Assembly (NCBI RefSeq): GCF_001194135.2 | Contig: NC_068983.1 | Location: 28,247,033-28,311,032 of the forward strand | Reading direction: 5' to 3' | Length of the DNA: 64,000 bases | From: Octopus bimaculoides | Lineage: Eukaryota | Part shown: positions 38,651 to 49,085 of the stretch, piece after piece | Position numbering within the stretch: position 1 is the stretch's first letter | Layout: each line of letters starts with the position of its first letter | Translations under genes and position numbers: made by a program | The notes under the pieces: generated by a model | What the model saw: only the letters and a program-made list of their open reading frames with translations | The model's database searches: none | What the model was told of the DNA's origin: nothing

Positions 38651-38655
38651 TTAAT

Positions 38656-38985
38656 TATTACCTCTGTCTTAGCAAAGGCAGAGATATTGTTTTCAGTTAT
38701 GTTTGCTTGTTTTTATTTATTTTTTTTTTTTTGTCCATGGATAAAATATCTCAAGAACTGCTGGATGGATTTGGATGAAACTTTCAGGGATGTTTGACCT
38801 CGTGAATGGCACAAACTGATTACATTTTGGGATTGATCCAATACTGAACAAGGATTCTGGATCATTTGCTATATTTACTTTACATGAAACATTACAAGAT
38901 ATTCTCATTGTAAAAATCATCTCCAGCTAATCATTGAGAGGACGTTGGTGCTGCCTTGGCAGAGATTTACACTCTCTGAGTGCTC
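38656..38985 (+). mobile_element. Helentron-associated (HINE/DINE-1-like) non-autonomous element
   Basis: 5' ttacctctgtc..ggcagag palindrome, 3' subterminal ggcagag (38958-38964), then hairpin CACTC-tct-GAGTG (38970-38982); lies in T-rich ttatta context. Confidence 0.55.
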
Positions 38986-39829
38986 ATTATTATTATTGTT
39001 ATTATTATAATTGATCTTCCCAAGACACAAGATTTCTTTCAACACAGAAATTTATGTCAAGAATCTTGCAAACTGATACAAAAGCAAAATGAAATACATC
39101 AATATATAATTCAAACAATTTATTTCTAATAAATCAGGGCATCATGAAGTAAAGGATAATGTTTTAAGGAGGAATTTTCGTTTTCTTTTTTTTTTCTCTT
39201 TCTTTTCTTTAAATAACAGAGGTGCAGGCCATGTAATTAAGAAATTCATTTAGCGAACACATACATCCAGATTCAATCCTACAGCATGGTACACTGGCCA
39301 AATGGTTTTCCTTGTAGCCTCAGATTAGATAACATTTGTGAATGAAATTTTGTAGACAAAAACACGTGTCTGCATATATATATAGAAACATTATTATTTC
39401 TAAATCTCTCAAAGAGAGACATTCAATAACACTTCTTTAAAATAAAGATTATTTGCCAACATAATGTGGCTGTCCTGGAAGGGATGATTGTTACTGTTGT
39501 TTAGCACCAGGAAATATCGTTTCCAGCTGGCTATATGACACAGATATTGTATCATATAACCAGCTGGAAACAATGTTGCCTGGGGCTAACAATGACAATT
39601 AATACTGTTACTGTTGCTTAGCTCTCTGGCCAGATTGCAGCAACCTCGAGTATAACAAGTCAAAACTGCAAAGATAATCTGGAACTCAAATGAGGATAGA
39701 AAACTCCGAATGACCCGTCCTTGTTTTCCTTGCATCGTCTGTCTGGGTGTTTTGCGTTCTTGTCCCATTTTTGTATTTTTTATATATAAAATATAGCGGC
39801 GTACGTACACTTTGGTCTCTTATATGTAA

Positions 39830-39904
<75 letters not shown>

Positions 39905-39919
<15 letters not shown>

Positions 39920-40157
39920 GTTTATATATATTAGTGTGTTTGTATCTGTTTGCTCCCCCCCACTTCCACCATTTCTTGACAACCAATGTTGATGTGTTAT
40001 GTCCCTGTAACTTACCAATTTGGCATAAGAGACCGATAGAATAAGTATTAATCTTACAAAGAATAAGTCCTGGGATTGATTTGTTTGACTAAAACCCCTT
40101 AAGATTGTGCTCCAGCATGGCTACAGTCAAATGACTGAAACAAAAGAATAAAAGAAT
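39905..40157 (+). mobile_element. SINE family A, 3' half after a long (TA)n
   Basis: tgtttgctccccc...cttgacaacc...gactgaaacaaaagaataaaaga. Confidence 0.75.
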
Positions 40158-40454
40158 TACAATTGGCTGTTAGTGGACATCCTCTGTCCTATTACATGAA
40201 GGTTAGAAGCTACCCAATAAGTTATAAGGACTTACAAAAGAAAAACACTTCAGGCTAAAAATTCAAATTTTTTCTTTGTTTCCATTCATATTTTATTTAA
40301 CTTAGAAATGTTAAATTCACTTTACTTGGATTCAGACAAGATAGATTAATTGATAAACAGACAGACCCTATAATCAACTTCTCTCTGTATTATATCATTG
40401 ATACTGGGAGAACTTCCAAGACTAGAGACTAAAGCACTTACTATAGCATCATTA

Positions 40455-40780
40455 ATTGCCATTGTTATTGCTGCTTAGCTCTCTATAAGTTCTGATTGAG
40501 CTCACCTATGATCAAGGTATTCCAGTCACGACCATCCCATCTTTTTCCAGATATAGAAAACTACATTATATAATGTATTGTTTCCATATTTAAGATGGCT
40601 GGGTGGAATTTGAAGGCAATTTGGTTGTTATTTCTAGTAGTTCAAGTGACCACACAGACAGCATTATTATTAGTTGTTGTTGTAGCATTTGTCAAATGAT
40701 TATTAGTTATTGCTGTTCAACCCCAGGTCAGCCTTGATCAAGTATCTCTAAGATTAAAAGCATTTCAGCTGTGACTGCCC
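40455..40780. repeat. Unclassified interspersed repeat family E (ttgctg-ttagcccc-aggtcagcc...gatcaaaggtattccag...gctatttctag)
   Basis: Related pieces at ~21060-21130, 29270-29330, 32150-32230, 32420-32515, 39470-39530, 50270-50345 and 51760-51820. Confidence 0.5.
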
Positions 40781-40800
40781 AGTCATTTTGAGTAATTATA

Positions 40801-40881
40801 ACTTCATTGACAAATGTGCACTTCATTTACAAATGTGCACTTCAGTGACAAATGTGCACTTCAGTGACAAATGTACACTTA
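40801..40881. repeat. 19-bp minisatellite, four copies (acttca[t/g]tgacaaatgtgc)
   Basis: Units at 40801, 40820, 40839 and 40858. Confidence 0.9.
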
Positions 40882-41721
40882 ATTGTCTTTTTTTTCTTTT
40901 GCTAGAGCAGAATGAAATCAGAAGATTTGACTGCTATTTCTTGCAATTTGTGTAACTATGCAAAAACTCTCTTATTAGTTAGTCACTATTGGTAAATCTA
41001 GATAGCAATAAACTGAGATCTAAAATCACTACAACAGTGAAGTTTGAAGTCTGATATAAATGGTTTTGTGGTTGAAAACAACAGGTTCAACTATAAATTT
41101 TGCGATTATAAATTTGGGAAAACTTCACAGGTTTGATAAATACCATGATGAATAACAACAGTGTAAATTGACACACGCATTATTGCCACTGGTCTCTTTT
41201 ACTAACAAATATTTTATTGTTTTATTCAAAAAACAAACGACAATCAATTTCCTTTGTAATGGTCCCTCATTTGCAATTTTATGTGTTTGTCTGAAACAAT
41301 AATTTGTAGTTTTCTGCCAAGTATTCAGACCATAAATACATTTGTATTCGTATCAATTACAATGTAGAATTACTTTTAGTATTTCTTTAGTGTCTGTAGA
41401 CAGATATTCTTTTGGTTTTGGATCAGGTAAAACCTGCTGCAGTATTGTTCATACCAATGGCAAACAGTAAGTAATTATAACTTTTTGTTTCCTGAAAATT
41501 TTTACATTTTTAATTTTATTTTGTTTCGTTTTTTTCTTTCTTTTTCTTGTCTTTTGGGGTGGATAAATTTATGATGAAAGTGAAGATAAAAGTCTACATT
41601 AGCATTGAATACAGTATGTTAAAAGTATTATATGCATTAACAGTAAATGTTTAACCTAGAAATAGGTTACAAAAGCATGGCGAGACATACCAGTTATCAT
41701 TTTTTAAAATATGTTTGCCTT

Positions 41722-42355
41722 AGGTTCAGGCGTGGTTGTGTGGTAAGAAGTTTACTTTGCAACTCCATGGTTCCAGTTTCAATCCCACTGCATGGCACTT
41801 TGGACAAATGAGTCTTCCATTATAACCTTAAGCTGACCAAAGCCTTGTGAGTGGATGTGATAGACAGAAACTGAAAGGTGTCAAGCTGGCAGATACGTTA
41901 CACGCCAAGCAAAATGCTTAGCGGTATTTCATCTGCCGCTACATTCTGAGTTCAAATTCCGCCGAGGTCGACTTTGCCTTTCATCCTTTCGGGGTTGATT
42001 AAATAAGTACCAGCTAAGCACTGGGGTCGATATAATTGACTTAATCTGTTTGTCTATCCTTGTTTGTCCCCTCTGTGTGTAGCCCCTTGTTGGCAGTAAA
42101 GAAATAAGAAGCTGAAAGGTGTCTGTCATAGATGTGTTTGTGTCTGTGTTTGTCTTGCACTACCATTTGACAACTGCTGTTGGTGTATTTACATTGCCCA
42201 CAATCTAACAGCTTGGCAACAAGATCGATTGAATAAGTACCAGACTTCAAAAATAAATATATAAATAAGTACTGGAATCGATTTATTTGATTAAAAATTC
42301 TTCAAGGCAGTGTCCCAGCATGGCTACAGTCAAATGGCTGAAACAAGTAAAAGAT
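41722..42355 (+). mobile_element. SINE family A interrupted by a SINE-B insertion
   Basis: Head 41722-41882 resumes at 42112. Confidence 0.75.
41883..42111 (+). mobile_element. SINE family B, young, with 12-bp TSD
   Basis: TSD ctgaaaggtgtc at 41871-41882 and 42112-42123. Confidence 0.85.
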
Positions 42356-42870
42356 TTATAATTTAGAATAGGAAACGCTAAAACAAATATTGCAGGAGAT
42401 TTTTTTTCTTTTTTAATCTTCTAGTTAGGAGGAGAGGCAGTGTTCTCAACAGTTCACAGGGCCTTTCAGATAATGAGTGGGAGGGAGGGAGGGTGGAAGG
42501 TATTTTCAAACCAGTGGTCTAGCCCAAATGGTTGCAACAGAGTGGAATCCATTAAAGGGACACACGGTACTAAATAGTAACAGATTAAGTCTAGCAGCCT
42601 AACATACCATGGTGGAATTTGAACTCAGAACCCAAAGAACCAAAATTGATACCAGATAAAAGCCACCAGTTTNNNNNNNNNNNNNNNNNNNNNNNNNNNN
42701 NNNNNNNNNNNNNNNNNNNNNNNNNNNNNNNNNNNNNNNNNNNNNNNNNNNNNNNNNNNNNNNNNNNNNNNNNNNNNNNNNNNNNNNNNNNNNNNNNNNN
42801 NNNNNNNNNNNNNNNNNNNNNNNNNNNNNNNNNNNNNNNNNNNNNNNNNNNNNNNNNNNNNNNNNNNNNN

Positions 42871-43052
42871 TATTAGACTGTAGCCATGCTCGGGCATCAC
42901 CTTGAAGAATTTTAGTCAAATCAATCCCAGTATTTATCTTTTTTAAACTTGGTACTTATTCTATCAGTCATTTTTTGCCAAACTGCTAAGTTACAGGGAC
43001 GTAAACAAAACCAATACTGGTTTCAAGTGGTGGTGGGGAACAAACACAGACA

Positions 43053-43109
<57 letters not shown>

Positions 43110-43275
43110 ACACATATATGTGATGGTTGGCTTTCAGTTTCGAGCCACCAAAACCACTGAAGGTTTTCTGTCAGCCCAGGTCTATAGCAGAAGACACTTG
43201 CCCAAGGTTCCACACAGTGGGACTGAACTTGGAACCATGTGATTGGGGAGCAAACTATTTAACCAAACATCCACA
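42871..43275 (-). mobile_element. SINE family A, tail end lost in gap
   Basis: Reverse-complement body with internal (CA)n. Confidence 0.7.
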
Positions 43276-43634
43276 CCTGAACACAGAGTGCTTGTTATCA
43301 TAATAAATACCACAAGGTATTCAAAATGATCTCATATGCGAAAGACTCTGCCAAAACCCCACCCTAGACTGGTTACTAAATTCTATCAAAATGAAAGGAT
43401 GAAAAATAAATTCAAGACATAAAGATGAAACATAGACTAACCGTATTAAGAGAAACCAGCTGAAAAAAACTGCTTGTGTTACAAGCCCACAAAGAAGCCT
43501 ATATATAGTTACCCAGCCTGCTAGAAATAATAACTAAATTTGGTGATTTATGACTAACATCATACACATCCACATTCCTGAATTCCAATTTAACATCTTA
43601 CCTAGGGCAGATCTTATTGTAATAAATACTAATG

Positions 43635-43665
43635 GTTATGGTGATGGTTGTGATGATGATGATGG

Positions 43666-43698
<33 letters not shown>

Positions 43699-43790
43699 CA
43701 AAGACAACAATGATGATGATTATGAAGATGACTAAAGGCAGTGATGGTGGTGTTGATGGTGATGATGACAATGATGATGATGGAAGATAG
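43635..43790. repeat. (GAT)n-rich tract
   Basis: Direct reading. Confidence 0.9.
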
Positions 43791-43967
43791 GCATCTGATG
43801 TGAAGGTGATTAATTATAGTTCATTATAGTTAATTAGGGTTAATTATAGTTTTAAAACGTGAAAATGAAGATAAATTCAGTATTTGAATCACTTAAAATT
43901 AATTTAAAATTAAGAGAAGCAAACAGTGAGAAGAAGAGAATCTGAATTTGGCATATACAGGGATAAC

Positions 43968-44008
43968 TTCAAGCATGTTTCAGTCTTATTAGACCTCTTC
44001 AGTGAGAC
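43968..44008 (-). ncRNA. Degenerate minimal hammerhead motif (PLE-type)
   Basis: UCUCA CUGAAGA GGUCU-AAUA-AGACU GAAAC AU GCU UGAAG; the conserved U16.1 is replaced by C. Confidence 0.45.
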
Positions 44009-44096
44009 ATAGTTTTATCCATACTTGGTAGATCTTGAGATAACTGAGAAAATATATAGTATTTTAGTGAAGGAACACTGTTTGTTTTTGGCAAGC

Positions 44097-44722
44097 TTAA
44101 CCCTTTAGCATTTATACAGGTCATATCTGGCCCAAATAAATATGCTACCTATTTGAAGCTCAAACTGGCCAGATATGTTCTCTTACTCACACCTTCCCCA
44201 CAATGTCATTCTAAAAATAAACAATCATATCATTGCAATCTCTTTGTAAGAAGATACTCTTTTACTTGTTTCAGTCATTTGACTGTGGCCATGCTGGAGC
44301 ACCGCCTTTAGTCGAGCAAATCGACCCCAGGACTTATTCTTTGTAAGCCTAGTACTTATTCTATCGGTCTCTTTTGCTGAACCACTAAGTTACGGGGACG
44401 TAAACACACCAGCATCAGTTGTCAAGCGATGTTGAGGGGACAAACACAGACACACAAACATACACACACACACAGATATATTTATATACATATATACGAC
44501 AGGCTTCTTTCAGTTTCCCTCCACCAAATCCACTCACAAGGCTTTGGTCGGCCTGAGGCTATAGTAGAAGACACTTGCCCAAGGTGACACGCAGTGGGAC
44601 CAAACCCGGAACCATGTGGTTAGTAAGCAATCCACTTACCACGCGGTTAATTGAAGACAATGTGAATGTGTAAATGAATAAATATTACATTTGATAGAGT
44701 AATCTGATTGTTAAAGGGATAA
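44097..44722. mobile_element. Same TTAA MITE family, interrupted by a SINE-A copy (44255-44643)
   Basis: Starts ttaaccctttagcatt and ends ctgattgttaaagggataa. Internal sequence is the reverse complement of 22672-22899. Confidence 0.7.
44255..44643 (-). mobile_element. SINE family A, inserted in a TTAA MITE
   Basis: Close to the family consensus; splits MITE 44097-44722. Confidence 0.85.
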
Positions 44723-47659
44723 AGAATGAAAAGGAAGGGGATTTACCTAAGGGATCACCTTCAGCATGGAAAACAAATAGTTAAGTGCATGTTGCACTAA
44801 TACAACAAGCCAAAGTATCTATGATATCTAATACAGTGAGCAGAAAAATAAAAAATTCATGATTTAATTCTGAAAAATTATATTTAATCTTGATAATAAA
44901 CTAACACAGTTATTTAATAATTCTTAGTTTTTCCTTTTTTACTAGATATTATGATATCCTTCAGTTTGTCTCTTCTTCCCTCAATGCTTGCGTGTTGTGT
45001 GTGCATGCACGTTTCTTTCAATTTGACATATTAGTATAAAGTAATACATTTAGATGAGTAAACATATGTCGTTTGGTTGTTATATTGATAAATGTAGTGC
45101 ATTTATCAATATAATTTTTGTCAACATTTATTCATTTCACTTCATGCATTTGTATATAAAACTGAAGAGTAATAAGCATGTATCTGAATTGCTGAAGCAA
45201 TCTATAATATGAAGTTCAAAATTTATGTGAAGAAAGTCAGATGTTTAAGAGTTTCTAAGTATTTTCCACATCTTAAGCATATTTCATTCCATAAAAAAGT
45301 AAATGGAATAATATTAGCTGAATTTGATGCACTGCCAAAAGTACAACACATAAAATATAATTTTAGCCGGTCAGCAAATATCGAAATTTATTGCTTTAAT
45401 CTGTAATAAATACTTTCACCTGTTATAAATTTCAGATGATTTGCTTTCTAAAAGTGGATATATAAAGACATATATTACACTCTACGTGATTTTGTTTGTT
45501 TTAAGCATCTTACAGCATAAAGAAGTTTATGCCTAAAGAATAGTTAATAATGAGCAGGATAAGAGATGATTTTTCACAGAAATGAGGAAATACATTATCT
45601 CAGTAATTGTTTCTCCTACTCACGTTTCAAAAGCAACATAGAAAATCGCCTTGGGGATTGACTGACTATCTTGCAGATTGCAGAACAGTGGTGCAATATT
45701 TATTGCATTATTTATTGTAAACCAAGTCTCAGTTACCTTCTCCACTTTCATGCCTGTCTTTTTAAGCTACCAGAAATTATTATGTTTATTCTTGCAGTAT
45801 TTTAGTCTCAGCTTTGCAGTTTTATTTTGACATGATTTGTTTTTCAGTTGATTGAAATTAGCAATGTATCAATGCTAAAATATCAGGTCACCACAAGTTG
45901 TTCCAGAGAAAATCTAGCTACTGTATCAGTAATAGTTGAATGGTTTAATGGCATAGGAATATTCATTAACTGTAAAACTGAAGATGACTCGATTACATAA
46001 AATATGTCGATATTCCTTTACAATAATTTCCTCTATTAGTTTCAACACTTTCATTAGTTTAAATAATATCAGTGTAGGTTTCTCTCCCTAAAAGTTACAG
46101 TCTATTTCATAATATAAAACGAATCTACAAATCTACAGAAAGTATTTATTACAGATTAAAACCCAGCGACGCCTGCTGGGTTCAGCTGCTCTACATTGAT
46201 AAGAGGCAATACCTCAAAACTAGTCTGTAGATGCCAGACCAGCAAGGGGAAGCAGCTGACCTCCCCTGTTCGAAGGTTATAATGGACACAGATTCGCTTG
46301 TCACATAGCTAGCCTCTTGGAATTAATCAATGGCAGCATTCGTCCTATTTCTTTTTTGGACTGCCATGTTGGCTTGGCGATAACAATTAAAATCTACAAT
46401 AGTTAACCACTTAAATTTCATTATTCACCCTCTATAAGAACTCATGAAATTTGGTTCTTTGCTCTAATATTTCACTACTCCAAGCTATTGCAAAATCTTC
46501 ATCCAGCCATCAATTAAATATATATTAAATCAATGTGAAATTATCTAAAACTTGATCTGTTACACTTCTATTTTAGACAAGTCAGTCTAACTTTCAATAT
46601 CATTATAAATATATCCATTGTTGAATAGTTTCCAGACAGACAAGATATTATATAATTAGCAGCAGCATTAAAGCATTGAATAGAATATGTACCAGGGTAT
46701 TTGCTCTGATTCTCTATGCTCAAATCAAATCCTGCTAAGTTTTCACCACACAGCCATGCTTGCTTGCATGTATATCAATTGCAATAGCTTTCTTTCAGAA
46801 GTGTTCATTAAAAATCTATCTATTGAATACTTGTAATATTAACATAACATTTAGTTTCTATGTTACTTTGATATTAATGCCATCACCACTGTTATCACCA
46901 CTAGCAAGAGTCAATAAACCTAAAATTTAACCAATAATGACTATCCACACACATATATATAGTTGACTGTTTCAACATGTTTTGCTGCTTCCAATATTTG
47001 TTTCCCTAGCATATTAGTTTTCCACCTAATGTCATGTATAATTCGAAATTATAAGCCTTTCACCTGGATTAATAAATACTAATATCAAAAACAAAAAGAA
47101 TAAAGTATTAATTCTGCTTCCAGAAATCCTTTTAATTCTCACAAAAAAATGAAGAATTTAATATTTATGAAATCATGTTTTCTTAATCAAAGCATTCAGC
47201 TTAACGAGGATAAAATCATTGAATTATCTGGAAAGAAAGTTGGAAGGCCAAATTCAAGGCTACTTAGATTCTTTGACAGACTAAGAATATAGTTACAAAA
47301 GAATTAACAGATATTGATAAATGACTACTGTTTCACTTCTTTTCAGAACTGAAACTATAGTCAATGGGAGTTTTATCAAAATTCCAAAGGGCATGACACA
47401 AACAAAAGAAATGTATTATTTTTATTTGAGAATAATGACTTAAATGAATTGTACAAAGTCATTTCCTGTGTAACTTAATTTAATTAATTTAAATTCAATC
47501 TTGCTTTGTTATTTCTGTTGGAAACTAAAAAAAACGTTTCTCACCTAAAGAAATGTATTCATCTTACTTTTATAACAAATCTTCTTTTACATTTGAATAT
47601 TTTTGTCAAATCTAGAGAAATAAGTGCTGCAAAGATAACATTTGTACCTAAATATCAAT

Positions 47660-47856
47660 TTTACATTCTTTTATTCTTTTACTTGTTTCAGTCATTTGAC
47701 TGTGACCATGCTGGTGCACTACCTTTAGTCGGACAAATCAACCCCAGGACTTATTCTATTGGTTTCTTTTTGCCAAACCACTAAGTGACGGGAATGTAAT
47801 CACACCAACATTGGTTGTCAAGCAATTGTGGGGGGACAAACACACACAAAATACAA

Positions 47857-47898
<42 letters not shown>

Positions 47899-48085
47899 GA
47901 CGGGCTTCTTTCAGTTCCCGTCTACCAAATTCACTCACAAGGCTTTGGTCGGCCCAAGGCTATAGTAGAAGACACCTGCCCAAGATGCCATACAGTGGGA
48001 TTGAACTCGGAACCATGTGATTGGGAAGCAAGCTTCTTACCACACAGCCACTCCTGCACCTATCCACACAGCCACTCCTACGCCT
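47660..48085 (-). mobile_element. SINE family A with duplicated 5' end
   Basis: cacacagccactcctgcacct atc cacacagccactcctacgcct at 48041-48085. Confidence 0.8.
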
Positions 48086-48417
48086 TTATAAAAAATTTAA
48101 TTAATTAACAGCCATAATAATGCTTGTTGGTGCCAATAGAGCAATGTTTTGTATGTAGCAACCACATTCCAAATAAAAAACAAATTGCTCCTCTATCAAA
48201 CATGCCCCAGTTGATGCCTTTCTGTCACATCAATTCATATTGAAACTTCAAACCCCTAGTGGGGCAACAGCAGCACCAACAACAACACAGGTAACGTTGT
48301 TGTTTTTGCTACTAAGTGGTCTAACTCATTCCATTCACAAAGTTTGAGTAATTCACAGTTTGGCTCTTTTGTTAGTCAGAATATCACAATGGCCAACATT
48401 AGATCCTATGTGCACGT

Positions 48418-48498
<81 letters not shown>

Positions 48499-48929
48499 CA
48501 TACATACACACACACACATACACATACACACACACACACAATTGTTCCATTTGATAAACATCCAAAAATCTGTAAAGATTGCACACAGAGGCACAAATGT
48601 GTATGTATGCACATATAAACAAGAGTGAGCACTTAGATACAATCATCTACTCATGAATACAACACACAGTTATGCTCATAGTTAAACTCAACTGTTAAGT
48701 AAATACTTACATATAAAAAAAAACATTAGACCATATTCATTTAATTTAATATTTTCATTCAATCTTCTCCATTTCCAGTATATAACTGTTTAACATTTAG
48801 GCAGAAGGTCAGTAATTCTGAGTGGAAACAATTAATCACTCACATTAATTCCTAATACTTAAGTATTATTTTATTGGCCCCTGAAGGATAAAATGCAAAA
48901 TTGACCTTGGCAGGATTTCAACTTCAGAA

Positions 48930-49085
48930 TGTAAGAAACTAAAACTCATAATCCTGCAAAGTGTCCTGGTACCAAAGGAATTCCAGTGGCCCCTAAGTGT
49001 TCCAGACAGTGTCCAAGTTTCACAACTGTAAAGCAAAACATGAAGGACCAGAGACCTGAACACTCTTATCTTTGTCATACTGTTC
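48930..49085 (-). mobile_element. RTE LINE fragment (post-RT region)
   Basis: TKIRVFRSLVLHVLLYSCETWTLSGTLRGHWNSFGTRTLCRIM matches the RTE LLYGCETWTL motif. Confidence 0.75.

Noticed and set aside
39640-39810. CpG-containing segment and 74-aa minus ORF near the exon, with a TGAGGA...CCGAA pattern
   Set aside because: No splice-compatible WW sequence; probably a repeat remnant, and too degenerate to call a hammerhead.
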